The notes below the pieces were generated by a model. That model ran no database searches, was not told where the DNA came from, and worked only from the letters and a program-made list of their open reading frames with translations. Source: an uncultured OCS116 cluster bacterium (GTDB lineage: Bacteria > Pseudomonadota > Alphaproteobacteria > Rhizobiales > TMED25). Taken from it: 64,000 nucleotides of DNA. Positions 48,769-58,000 of this stretch are shown here, in pieces; position 1 is the first letter of the stretch, and the number at the start of each line of letters is the position of its first letter. The stretch spans positions 74,129-138,128 of the forward strand of contig CACMIP010000005.1 in assembly GCA_902613795.1 (NCBI GenBank), written 5' to 3'. A program made the position numbers and the translations under genes.

Positions 48769-51492
48769 TTGTCAGAAAACGAAAACGATAAATCAAAAGA
48801 TGCAGGCTCAGGTATTTTACCCGTTACAATAGAAAACGAAATGAGCTCATCATACCTCGATTACGCAATGAGCGTGATTGTATCAAGGGCTATTCCAGAT
48901 GTCAGAGATGGTCTAAAACCAGTGCACAGAAGAATACTCTATTCAATGAGTCAGATGGGGTTAGATTTTAACAAACCTTACAGAAAGTCTGCTCGAGTAG
49001 TTGGCGATGTCATTGGTAAGTATCACCCTCATGGTGACTCTGCCGTTTATGAGTCTCTTGTTAGAATGGCGCAATCATTTTCGATGATGGCACCTCTTAT
49101 TGAAGGGCAGGGTAATTTCGGGTCTGTTGATGGCGATCGTCCAGCAGCAATGAGGTATACAGAGTGCAGGCTTGAAAAAATAACTACGCTGATGCTGGAT
49201 GATATCGACAAGAATTGTATAGAATATCAAGAAAATTATGATGGTTCTGAGAGTGAGCCCACCGTTCTGCCCTCGAAATTTCCAAATCTTCTCATAAATG
49301 GCGCTGGTGGTATAGCAGTAGGTATGGCAACTAATATCCCGCCACATAACTTATCTGAAGTAATTGATGGATGCGTAGCAATTCTAAATAATCCATCTAC
49401 GACAGAGGAGGAGCTCAATGAAATTATTCCAGGGCCGGATTTTCCAACTGGAGGATTGATTATTGGAAGAAATGGAATAAGGTCAGCGCAGCAAACAGGT
49501 AGGGGATCTGTGATACTAAGGGGTAGAGCGGAAATTGAAGAGAAAAACAATAGAAGCTCTATTATCATTTCGGAAATACCATATCAGGTAAATAAGTCTA
49601 GCCTTATTGAAAAAATTGCAGAAGTTGTAAGGGATAAAAGAGTTGAAGGAATTTCTGATATTCGGGATATATCTGACAGGCATGGCATAAGGGTGGTTAT
49701 AGAGCTAAAAAAAGACGCTGAAGCTGATGTTATATTAAACCAATTGTATAAGTACACACCGCTTCAATCGTCATTTGGTTGCAATATGGTTTGTCTGAAC
49801 TCGGGAAAACCAGAATTACTGTCAATAAGACAAATAATAGACGCTTTCTTAGAATTCCGAGTAGACATTGTAGTAAAAAGATCAACCTATCTTCTAAACA
49901 AATCACGGGACAGGGCGCATGTTCTTGTGGGCTTAGCAATAGCAATAGCAAATATTGATGAGATTATTAAAGTTATAAGATCATCACCTGATCCAGCGAC
50001 TGCCCGCGACTACATGCTCAAGAAAAAATGGATACCAAAAAATGTTGAGTCGCTCATAAAGCTTATTGACGACCCTCGGCATAAGATTGCAAAAGATGGC
50101 ACATACATGCTATCTACTGATCAAGTCCAAGCAATATTAGATTTGCGATTACAGCGTCTGACTGCAATTGGACGAGACGAAATTGAGAAAGAACTAAATT
50201 CTATCGGAGAGCAAATAAAAGAATATCTTGAAATACTTACAAACAGAAAGGTATTAGATACCTTGATCGAGAAGGAACTTTTAGAGGCAAAAGAGTCATT
50301 TGGAGTCATAAGGAGAACGGAAATAACAGATCTTGAGTTGGATGTGGATGATGAGGATCTTATTCCAAAGCAGGACGTCGTTGTTACTGTCAGTCACAAA
50401 GGATATATAAAAAGGGTCCCATTATCGACCTACAGGAGTCAACGAAGAGGTGGAAAGGGTCGTGCGGGTATGAGTACAAGAGACGAAGATTTTGTCACGC
50501 AAATCTTTGTTGAAAATACACATACCCCAATACTTTTCTTTTCTTCAACGGGTATTGTATACAAAATGAAGGTTTGGAAACTGCCTCAAGGCACACCGCA
50601 ATCAAAGGGAAAAGCAATGATAAATTTATTACCTTTGAATGAAGGTGAGAACATCACAACAATAATGCCGTTACCCGAAAATGAAAAGGAATGGGAAAAT
50701 TTATATATAATGTTCACAACTGAGAAGGGTAATGTCAGGAAGAATAAGCTAAGCGATTTTGTAGATGTTCGGGCTAACGGTAAAATAGCAATGAAATTAC
50801 ATGACAACGATGAAATAAAAACGGTTGAAACATGTACGGACGATGACGATTTATTAATAACAACCCTCAAAGGTCAATGTATTAGGTTTCGAGCTTCCGA
50901 TGTAAGGCTATTTGTTGGTAGGTCATCAACTGGCGTGAGGGGAATCAGACTCTCGCAAGATGACAGGGTTATATCATCTGCCATTATTAAATCAATGAGC
51001 GCTACAACTGAAGAAAGGGCCGCATACCTCAAAATGAGTAGGGCTGTTCGTGGTGAAATAGACTCTGAAAATGATGAAAATGAGGAAAACGTTGAAAATA
51101 TAACTCCAGCAATTCTATCTGATGAAAAGTATGCTGAAATGGGCGCATCTGAGCAGTTTGTTTTATCTATATCCAATAATGGTTATGGGAAGAGGACATC
51201 AACATTTGAATACAGAGTCACTGGGAGAGGGGGCAAAGGCATCATTGCTATGGTTGTAAATGATCGAAACGGAAATATTACAGACTCATTCCCAGTTGAC
51301 TCCACAAATCAAATTATACTTGTAACAAATAATGGAAAATTAATAAGATGCCCCGTGGACGATATTAGAATTGCTTCGAGATCGACCCAGGGTGTCAAGA
51401 TATTTGATGTTGATGACCAAGAGCAGGTTGTTTCAGTGGAGCGCTTAGGTGATCTTGAATCAGACGAAGATGATGGAGCTGATGATGAATAG
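48769..51492 (+). CDS. gyrA: DNA gyrase subunit A
   Basis: 907 aa with the motifs SYLDYAMSVIVSRAIPDVRDGLKPVHRR and AAMRYTE (active-site Tyr region), C-terminal beta-pinwheel repeats and an acidic tail. The conserved residues upstream of the first ATG require the TTG start at 48769. Confidence 0.94.
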   Translation: MSENENDKSKDAGSGILPVTIENEMSSSYLDYAMSVIVSRAIPDVRDGLKPVHRRILYSMSQMGLDFNKPYRKSARVVGDVIGKYHPHGDSAVYESLVRMAQSFSMMAPLIEGQGNFGSVDGDRPAAMRYTECRLEKITTLMLDDIDKNCIEYQENYDGSESEPTVLPSKFPNLLINGAGGIAVGMATNIPPHNLSEVIDGCVAILNNPSTTEEELNEIIPGPDFPTGGLIIGRNGIRSAQQTGRGSVILRGRAEIEEKNNRSSIIISEIPYQVNKSSLIEKIAEVVRDKRVEGISDIRDISDRHGIRVVIELKKDAEADVILNQLYKYTPLQSSFGCNMVCLNSGKPELLSIRQIIDAFLEFRVDIVVKRSTYLLNKSRDRAHVLVGLAIAIANIDEIIKVIRSSPDPATARDYMLKKKWIPKNVESLIKLIDDPRHKIAKDGTYMLSTDQVQAILDLRLQRLTAIGRDEIEKELNSIGEQIKEYLEILTNRKVLDTLIEKELLEAKESFGVIRRTEITDLELDVDDEDLIPKQDVVVTVSHKGYIKRVPLSTYRSQRRGGKGRAGMSTRDEDFVTQIFVENTHTPILFFSSTGIVYKMKVWKLPQGTPQSKGKAMINLLPLNEGENITTIMPLPENEKEWENLYIMFTTEKGNVRKNKLSDFVDVRANGKIAMKLHDNDEIKTVETCTDDDDLLITTLKGQCIRFRASDVRLFVGRSSTGVRGIRLSQDDRVISSAIIKSMSATTEERAAYLKMSRAVRGEIDSENDENEENVENITPAILSDEKYAEMGASEQFVLSISNNGYGKRTSTFEYRVTGRGGKGIIAMVVNDRNGNITDSFPVDSTNQIILVTNNGKLIRCPVDDIRIASRSTQGVKIFDVDDQEQVVSVERLGDLESDEDDGADDE

Positions 51493-51985
51493 ATGTTTTT
51501 TTCCTGGATCTTTTGATCCTTTTACTCTTGGGCATAAGAATATTATTGAAAAAGCATCAGTGTTTTCAGAACATATAATAATTGGGATTGGTCAGCATCA
51601 CGAAAAAAACTCTCTAATAGATATTAATACAAGGGAGTCTTTGTTAAATGAGTCAATAAAATCTATAAAGGCACCAAATGCAAAAATTGATGTCATTATT
51701 TTTGACAACCTTCTGGTACAGACAGCAAAGGACAATCAATGCAATATAATTATACGTGGTATAAGAGATACATCGGATCTCAATTACGAATTACGAATGT
51801 ATAATACAAACAGGATAATCGAACCTAATATTGAGACATTATTTATACCGACAGATAATGATCTAAATCATATTTCATCAAGCTTAGTGAGGCAAATTTA
51901 TAAACTTGGTGGCTCAATTGGGTCTTTAGTACCAGATAACATAAATAAATACTTGATAAAGAATATGAATTCCATTACCAAATAA
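51485..51985 (+). CDS. coaD: Phosphopantetheine adenylyltransferase
   Basis: It has the nucleotidyltransferase motif PGSFDPFTLGH close to the N-terminus. The start is placed at ATG 51485 (or 51482), overlapping the gyrA stop. The ORF-track start 51449 adds non-conserved residues inside gyrA. Confidence 0.9.
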   Translation: MNRCFFPGSFDPFTLGHKNIIEKASVFSEHIIIGIGQHHEKNSLIDINTRESLLNESIKSIKAPNAKIDVIIFDNLLVQTAKDNQCNIIIRGIRDTSDLNYELRMYNTNRIIEPNIETLFIPTDNDLNHISSSLVRQIYKLGGSIGSLVPDNINKYLIKNMNSITK

Positions 51986-51989
51986 AATT

Positions 51990-52508
51990 ATGTTTATAAA
52001 GAAATTTCTAATATTAATAACCTTAATTATATTTACTGGAGACTCGATGGCCGAAAATACAAAAGAAAAATTATTAATTGAACTATCACATGGTGATGTA
52101 ATAATTGAATTACACAGTGATATTGCGCCACTTCATGTTGAACAGATAAAGACATTAGCCAGAGATGGTTTTTATGATGGAATAATATTTCATCGGGTCA
52201 TAGATGGTTTTATGGCACAAACAGGGGATCCAACCGGAACTGGTATGGGTGGTTCTGACTATCCAAATCTAAAAGCTGAATTTTCTAATAAACCATTTGA
52301 TAGAGGTACCGTTGGAATGGCAAGGTCAAGTAATCCCAATAGCGCTAATAGTCAGTTTTTCATTTGCTTCCAGCCTGCGCATTTTCTCAATCAACAATAC
52401 ACCGTTTGGGGTACTGTTGTAGAAGGAATGGAAAATGTTGATAAGATAGCACGAGGTGAGCCGCCGGCAAACCCGGACTCTATGATCAAAGTGACAGTAA
52501 TAGAGTAA
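51990..52508 (+). CDS. Periplasmic cyclophilin-type peptidyl-prolyl isomerase
   Basis: 172 aa with a signal peptide (LILITLIIFTGDSMA) and the cyclophilin motifs FHRVIDGFMAQTGDP and NSQFFI. Confidence 0.9.
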   Translation: MFIKKFLILITLIIFTGDSMAENTKEKLLIELSHGDVIIELHSDIAPLHVEQIKTLARDGFYDGIIFHRVIDGFMAQTGDPTGTGMGGSDYPNLKAEFSNKPFDRGTVGMARSSNPNSANSQFFICFQPAHFLNQQYTVWGTVVEGMENVDKIARGEPPANPDSMIKVTVIE

Positions 52509-52517
52509 CGCAGTATT

Positions 52518-53573
52518 GTGGAAATTGGGTTATTTGACTTCCAGCTGGACAAGAGTAAGATAGCTCTCGCACCAGCAAACCCAAGAGATCATTCCAAGTT
52601 AATGATCTTAGACTCATCCAGAAAAATCACTCATAAATATTTTTATGACCTTCCCGATTTTCTGAGTCCAAAAGATGTAATTGTTATAAATGATACCAAA
52701 GTCACTCCATCTTATTTTGAGATAAAGAGATGGAGAAAAGGCAACGCATCAAATATAAGATTAAACATCATTAGACAATTAGATGATGGTGATTGGGTAA
52801 TATTAGCAAAGCCTATGAGACGACTTAAAATAATGGACAAATTGATATTTTCTGACGAAAATAAAGTATCAGCTGATGTTGTCGGATTTGAAGATGATCA
52901 TGTTAAAATAAGGTTCAATCAAAATATGGATATGGTCGCCTGGATAGAGAACAATGGAAAATTACCACTCCCACCCTACATTACAGCACAACGTGAGCTG
53001 AAAGATGAAGATAAAGAGTCTTATCAAACAGTTTATGCTGAGCATCCAGGGTCTGCAGCAGCTCCGACTGCTGGACTGCATTTTACCGAAAAATTATTAG
53101 ATAGTATTCAGGCGAAAGGCATCCGTATTTGCAATGTATTATTGCATGTTGGGTCTGGTACATTTTCACCAATTAAAACAGATAATATTTTAGATCATAA
53201 AATTCATTCAGAGTGGTGCCATTTAGATTCTCAGGCGGCCGATTTATTGAATCAAACAAGGGATGCTGGAGGAAACATTATAGCTGTTGGAACTACAAGC
53301 ATGAGAATATTAGAGTCTGCTGTCGATGATACAGGTAAATTTAGTGAATACAAGGGTGAAACAGACATCTATATTAAGCCGGGACATAAGTTTAGAGCTG
53401 CGGATGCTATGATTACAAATTTTCACTTACCAAAATCTTCTCTATTTGTTTTAGTTTGCGCATATTACGGGATAGATGATATGCAAAAAGCTTATGCATC
53501 CGCTATGGATAATAATTATAGATTTTATTCTTATGGGGATGCTTGTTTTATATATGGTGATCTCAGTGTTTAA
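52518..53573 (+). CDS. queA: S-adenosylmethionine:tRNA ribosyltransferase-isomerase
   Basis: 351 aa with a GTG start and the motifs LFDFQLDKSKIALAPANPRD, LPLPPYI and AAPTAGLHFT. Confidence 0.92.
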   Translation: MEIGLFDFQLDKSKIALAPANPRDHSKLMILDSSRKITHKYFYDLPDFLSPKDVIVINDTKVTPSYFEIKRWRKGNASNIRLNIIRQLDDGDWVILAKPMRRLKIMDKLIFSDENKVSADVVGFEDDHVKIRFNQNMDMVAWIENNGKLPLPPYITAQRELKDEDKESYQTVYAEHPGSAAAPTAGLHFTEKLLDSIQAKGIRICNVLLHVGSGTFSPIKTDNILDHKIHSEWCHLDSQAADLLNQTRDAGGNIIAVGTTSMRILESAVDDTGKFSEYKGETDIYIKPGHKFRAADAMITNFHLPKSSLFVLVCAYYGIDDMQKAYASAMDNNYRFYSYGDACFIYGDLSV

Positions 53574-54672
53574 AATAACAGCAAAAGATAGACACGCCAG
53601 ATGTGGCCACTTAAGTCTTGCTCATGGAACAGTTGAAACACCAGTATTTATGCCTGTTGGGACCCAAGGGACAGTAAAAGCTATTTCTGTGGATACACTA
53701 AAGAAGATTGGTTTTAATATCATACTTGGTAATACCTATCATCTTTATTTGAGACCAGGAACAGAAATCCTAGATAAATTTGGTGGCTTAAATAACTTTA
53801 TGAAGTGGGATAGGCCAATACTGACAGACTCTGGAGGATTTCAAATAATGTCACTTTCTAAGCTTATGAAAATTGAAGAAGATGGAGTGAGATTTCAATC
53901 ACACATAGACGGAAAAGAGTTTTACTTATCACCAGATATCTCAATGAAAGTACAAGACTCAATTGGATCCGATATTCATATGGTACTCGATCAATGCATT
54001 GAATTCGATATGGATATATCAAACATAAGAGATGCAATGAATTTATCTCTAAAATGGGCTGAAATGTCCAAAAAGTCCTTTTTTAAGAAGGAGGGACGGA
54101 TGCTTTTTGGAATAATCCAGGGAGGAGTCGATCAACATTTGAGGGAGCAATCGGCAATTGAGACAATTGATATTGGTTTTGACGGTTATGCAATTGGAGG
54201 TCTCGCTGTTGGCGAAGGTCATGAATTGATGCTGAGCACACTAGATTTTACAATACCGAATTTACCGGATGAAAAGCCACGATACCTGATGGGTGTTGGC
54301 ACGCCTGTTGACCTTGTGGAGTCTGTGAAGAGGGGTGTGGATATGTTTGATTGCGTTATGCCCACCAGAGCGGGTCGCCACGGTCTTGCATATACAAAAT
54401 TTGGTGCAATTAATTTAAGGAACGCAAAGTTCTCAGACGATATGAGACCGATTGACGAAGAGTCAGATTGCCCAATTGCATCAGTGTATTCGAGGTCATA
54501 CCTCCATCACTTAGTTAGATCAAAGGAAATACTCGCTGCTATGCTAATTTCAGAAATAAATTTACACTACTACAACTCACTTATGATAGATCTGAGACTC
54601 GCAATAAGAGATAATCTCTTGGATCTAAAAATTGAAGAAATTAAAAAAAACTGGACGCGCATGGATGTATAA
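53554..54672 (+). CDS. tgt: Queuine tRNA-ribosyltransferase
   Basis: It has the motifs ARCGHLSLAHGTVETPVFMPVGTQG, LTDSGGFQ and the zinc-site region. The start is moved to ATG 53554. The ORF-track start 53476 lies inside queA and adds a non-conserved hydrophobic stretch. Confidence 0.93.
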   Translation: MVISVFKITAKDRHARCGHLSLAHGTVETPVFMPVGTQGTVKAISVDTLKKIGFNIILGNTYHLYLRPGTEILDKFGGLNNFMKWDRPILTDSGGFQIMSLSKLMKIEEDGVRFQSHIDGKEFYLSPDISMKVQDSIGSDIHMVLDQCIEFDMDISNIRDAMNLSLKWAEMSKKSFFKKEGRMLFGIIQGGVDQHLREQSAIETIDIGFDGYAIGGLAVGEGHELMLSTLDFTIPNLPDEKPRYLMGVGTPVDLVESVKRGVDMFDCVMPTRAGRHGLAYTKFGAINLRNAKFSDDMRPIDEESDCPIASVYSRSYLHHLVRSKEILAAMLISEINLHYYNSLMIDLRLAIRDNLLDLKIEEIKKNWTRMDV

Positions 54673-54754
54673 CAATCTTGTTTTTTGTGTTTATAAATAA
54701 ACATTAGTTTACAACACTTTAAACCTGCCATATAAAGTACTATATTTCAATTGA

Positions 54755-54830
54755 GGGCCCTTAGCTCAGTCGGTAGAGCAGGTGACTTTTAATCACTGTG
54801 TCATAGGTTCGATTCCTATAGGGCCCGCCA
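54755..54830 (+). tRNA. tRNA-Lys (anticodon UUU)
   Basis: A 76-nt cloverleaf was folded by hand. Acceptor GGGCCCT/AGGGCCC, D arm GCTC-AGTCGGTA-GAGC, anticodon stem GGTGA/TCACT with loop CTTTTAA (anticodon TTT), variable loop GTGTC, T arm ATAGG-TTCGATT-CCTAT, discriminator G, and an encoded CCA. Confidence 0.92.
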
Positions 54831-54981
54831 TACCTAATGACAGAAAAAATAAAATATGTGTCATCTTTGGCGCACGTCTAAGGCTGATGATGAAATCACA
54901 AATTCAATAGTTTTTTAATAGTAGATCAAAATATCTATGCTATAATTATACATACTTATTTCTAGTTTTTAGGGAGGATTT

Positions 54982-55509
54982 ATGGCTTTTGAAGGGGTTC
55001 ATAGAGTTGGGCACGTAGGCATTTGGGTTAGTGATATAGAGAAATCACTAGAATGGTATAGGGATGTAGTGGGACTCAAATTAACTGGTATTTGGGGTGA
55101 GCCATATAGGAAACACAGGATGTGTTTTGTTAGATGTGAAGACTGGCATCATGATATTGTTTTCTTTGAGATAGATAAAGAAAAAGATAGAAGTAAATTA
55201 GATCAATCAGATACCGGTAAGAGACATGCCCCAGGTGTTCATCACATTGCATTTGAAATACCAGAAAGAGAAGATTGGTTAAATGCACTTGAACATTGCA
55301 AAAAGAATAATATACCCTTTGTATCAGGCCCTTATGTACATGGTCATGAGGCTAAATATGTTGAGGGAGATGATACATTAGGCTTTGTTGGTGGAAGTGG
55401 GAGTCACGCATTTTATATTACTGATCCTGACGGCAATAGAATCGAGTTTTACACTTGGATGATGAAGGTCACAAAAGAATGTATTGCAGCTCCAAATCCA
55501 GATCTTTAA
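54982..55509 (+). CDS. VOC-superfamily metalloenzyme (glyoxalase / extradiol dioxygenase-like)
   Basis: 175 aa with paired beta-alpha-beta-beta-beta module signatures. Candidate metal ligands are in HVGIWV, HHIAFE and NRIEFY. A strong SD GGAGG lies 4 nt upstream. Confidence 0.75.
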   Translation: MAFEGVHRVGHVGIWVSDIEKSLEWYRDVVGLKLTGIWGEPYRKHRMCFVRCEDWHHDIVFFEIDKEKDRSKLDQSDTGKRHAPGVHHIAFEIPEREDWLNALEHCKKNNIPFVSGPYVHGHEAKYVEGDDTLGFVGGSGSHAFYITDPDGNRIEFYTWMMKVTKECIAAPNPDL

Positions 55510-55919
55510 TATCAATTGCTATTCTGGTTATTATTATATTACAGACTAACCTTTTAAAAGCTCATGCTCATGCGAGCGTTGAAATAAATAATGTATCAAG
55601 CGACGATGGTTACGTTGTGTTACATCTCTATGAAAACAAAAGTTCATTTAAAAAATTTAACCCAGATCGAATTTATAAAAAAGTAGCAACAAACGGCAAA
55701 ACAATCATTCCAATCAATGACTATCATGAGGGAGATATTGCTATTTTTGTATATCATGATGAAAATAGTGATGAGGAGTTCAACACTTCAATTTTTTGGA
55801 CACCAAAGGAGGGTTACGCATATAGTAATTCATATATCCCATCTAGTATTCCTAAATATGAGGAAGCTCTCTTTCGCCTTGAGCATGGAGTGGCGGTTAA
55901 TTTAGAGCTGATTTATTAG
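55479..55919 (+). CDS. Secreted DUF2141-like protein
   Basis: The start is placed at ATG 55479, which gives a signal peptide (MYCSSKSRSLISIAILVIIILQTNLLKAHA). The mature part (GYVVLHLYENKSSF, GDIAIFVYHDENSDEEFNT, PKEGYAYSN) matches the DUF2141 pattern from memory. It overlaps the VOC gene by 31 nt. Confidence 0.6.
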   Translation: MYCSSKSRSLISIAILVIIILQTNLLKAHAHASVEINNVSSDDGYVVLHLYENKSSFKKFNPDRIYKKVATNGKTIIPINDYHEGDIAIFVYHDENSDEEFNTSIFWTPKEGYAYSNSYIPSSIPKYEEALFRLEHGVAVNLELIY

Positions 55920-55920
55920 T

Positions 55921-56832
55921 ATGCTTGGTCTTGTATGCGCGGTTATGTCTGCTGTGGCTTTCGCTGCAAATGATACAGCCCTGAGGAGAGGTATACTATT
56001 TGCCTCCGTATATAAATCAATAATTGTTACAGTTCCAATCGGCTTCCCCGTTTTTTTATTAGCAATCACATTAACAAACTCATGGTCCAGCTTTCGTGCT
56101 TTAGATCTTGCACAATTTCTTTTTTTTGGATCCGCAGGTATTATTCATTTTATATTTGGAAGGTATTTCGGTTATAAAACAATTGAGTCTCTGGGAGCAA
56201 CCCAGGCTGGTCCTATCGTTCAATTGGGCTTATTAATCTCAATTTTTTTTGCTTATCATTTGTTTGATGAAGAGATAACAAATATTCATATTATTGCTAT
56301 TTTTTTAATTATTTTAGCACCAATGATAATACTTCTGGGTCACGAAGGGGATAAGTTCACAAGGTCTGGTATTGAAATGAAATATGAAGCTGGACTCTTC
56401 TGGGGTTTATCTTGTGCTATTTGTTATGGAATTAGCCCCTTGCTTGTGAAATCAGGTTTCTCTAATTATAGTCTTGAAATTACAATACTTGCTGGTTTTA
56501 TATCTTATATCTCAGCAATATTTTTTTTAATTCTTATAATGATTCTCACCAGAGTAAGAATTAGAGATATTATTGAAATGGATAAGAGTGCATTAAAATG
56601 GTTCACTATTACTGGCTTCATGGGATCTTCAGCTCAGCTACTTAGATATATTGCTTTAGGACTAATACCGATATCAATTGTTGAACCTATCCATCGAACC
56701 TCTGTTATTTTCAGAGTAATGTTTGGATTTGTAATCAATAGAAATCATGAGATCATTAATGTAAGGGTCCTATTAGGTGTTGCCTTATCAATTATTGGTA
56801 TGTACTTATTAATACTGCAAATAGATTTCTAA
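55921..56832 (+). CDS. DMT-superfamily (EamA-like) permease, paralog 1
   Basis: 303 aa with about 10 predicted TM segments in two EamA-like halves. It starts 1 nt after the upstream stop. Confidence 0.8.
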   Translation: MLGLVCAVMSAVAFAANDTALRRGILFASVYKSIIVTVPIGFPVFLLAITLTNSWSSFRALDLAQFLFFGSAGIIHFIFGRYFGYKTIESLGATQAGPIVQLGLLISIFFAYHLFDEEITNIHIIAIFLIILAPMIILLGHEGDKFTRSGIEMKYEAGLFWGLSCAICYGISPLLVKSGFSNYSLEITILAGFISYISAIFFLILIMILTRVRIRDIIEMDKSALKWFTITGFMGSSAQLLRYIALGLIPISIVEPIHRTSVIFRVMFGFVINRNHEIINVRVLLGVALSIIGMYLLILQIDF

Positions 56833-56850
56833 AGAGGGAATGGAAGTTAC

Positions 56851-57756
56851 ATGTTGGGTAGTATTTTAGCACTAATATCAGCAATGATGTTTGCACTAAA
56901 CACAACAGCACTAAGACGAGGTGTCTTGACTGCGCCGGTCCATCAAGCAATCGCAATTACTGTGCCTCTTGGTTTACCACTTTTTTTTATTATTCTTCTA
57001 ATGTTTGATTGCTTTGATCTGCTCAAAGATTTATCAATGAAATCAATTTTCTTCTTTTCAATTGCAGGTATTATTCATCTTGTTATTGGTCGCTACTGTA
57101 ATTATAAATCTACACAACTCCTTGGCGCAACACAATCTGGTCCAATAACACAGCTTGCGTTGCTAATTTCATTATTCTTTGCCCTCACCTTGCTTAATGA
57201 AGAATTAAATCTCTATCTATTTATTGGAATAGGCCTTGTTTTTGGCGGTCCTACTATAATTTTTTTTGCAAGGAAAAATAACTCAAAAACCAAATCCGGG
57301 GTCGTAATGGATTACAAGAGGGGATATCTCTGGGGATTGTTCTGCGCATTAGCTTTTGGTTCAAGCCCTTTTTTTATTAAGCTGGGCCTTGATGATGGAG
57401 GTCTTAAAGAAAATATTGTTGGCGGTTTCATTGCCTATCTTTCAGCTTCATTACTTGTGTTAATTTTAATCATAGTATCAGGATCTAAGTTTCGCAACAT
57501 TTACGATTTTAATAATAAGGGGGTGAAATGGTTCATCCTGACGGGATTTTTAGGTTTTTTATCACATCTATTTAGATATATGGCGCTGGGAGCTGCACCC
57601 ATTACAATTGTTGAGCCAATTCAAAGATCAACAATCATATTTCGCGTTATTTTTGGATGGTTGTTAAATAGACAACACGAAATAATAAATAAAACGGTAT
57701 TATTTGGGATAATGCTGTCTGTAGCAGGGGTATACTTAATTATATATCAAATATAA
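56851..57756 (+). CDS. DMT-superfamily (EamA-like) permease, paralog 2
   Basis: 301 aa and collinear with paralog 1 (shared blocks ALRRG, GATQxGPIxQLxLLIS, IVEPIxRxxxIFRV, NRxHEIIN). There is an 18-nt gap with a purine-rich SD. Confidence 0.8.
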   Translation: MLGSILALISAMMFALNTTALRRGVLTAPVHQAIAITVPLGLPLFFIILLMFDCFDLLKDLSMKSIFFFSIAGIIHLVIGRYCNYKSTQLLGATQSGPITQLALLISLFFALTLLNEELNLYLFIGIGLVFGGPTIIFFARKNNSKTKSGVVMDYKRGYLWGLFCALAFGSSPFFIKLGLDDGGLKENIVGGFIAYLSASLLVLILIIVSGSKFRNIYDFNNKGVKWFILTGFLGFLSHLFRYMALGAAPITIVEPIQRSTIIFRVIFGWLLNRQHEIINKTVLFGIMLSVAGVYLIIYQI

Positions 57757-57761
57757 AAAAG

Positions 57762-57917
57762 TTACTTCCAGAAATCTACGTCTTCAGCTTTAAACTCAAG
57801 TGCTTGCGATGTGTCTTCTGCTGGATTCGCTTTGTCTTGTTGGTACATAAAATACCCACCGATTCCCATTATTACCACTAGCGCTAACATTAATAGATAT
57901 TGATTTCTTGTATTCAT
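57762..57917 (-). CDS. Untracked 51-codon single-TM membrane protein
   Basis: ATG 57917 is preceded by GGAG 6 nt upstream (the same GGAGTAAATAATG context as lexA). Translation: MNTRNQYLLMLALVVIMGIGGYFMYQQDKANPAEDTSQALEFKAEDVDFWK, TAA at 57764-57762. It fits the gap between the Mo-enzyme gene and the convergent DMT gene. Confidence 0.45.
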   Translation of the reverse strand: MNTRNQYLLMLALVVIMGIGGYFMYQQDKANPAEDTSQALEFKAEDVDFWK

Positions 57918-58000
57918 TATTTACTCCATAATAGATATTCTATATATACCAAACTTAGCCCAAAGATAAAGAAAATAAGTTAAAATTATGCAAATATTGC

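Noticed and set aside
53476-53553. Long N-terminal extension of tgt, and the similar extensions of coaD (51449), pyrG (34469) and DUF2141 (55455)
   Set aside because: The extensions lie inside the upstream genes and encode non-conserved sequence. Internal ATGs restore canonical N-termini or, for DUF2141, a proper signal peptide.
54755-57756. tRNA-Lys as the integration site of a genomic island
   Set aside because: There is no integrase, transposase or phage gene downstream. I could find no direct repeat of the tRNA 3' end in the remaining 9 kb, and there is no obvious compositional break by eye. The accessory character is noted, but horizontal acquisition is unsupported here.
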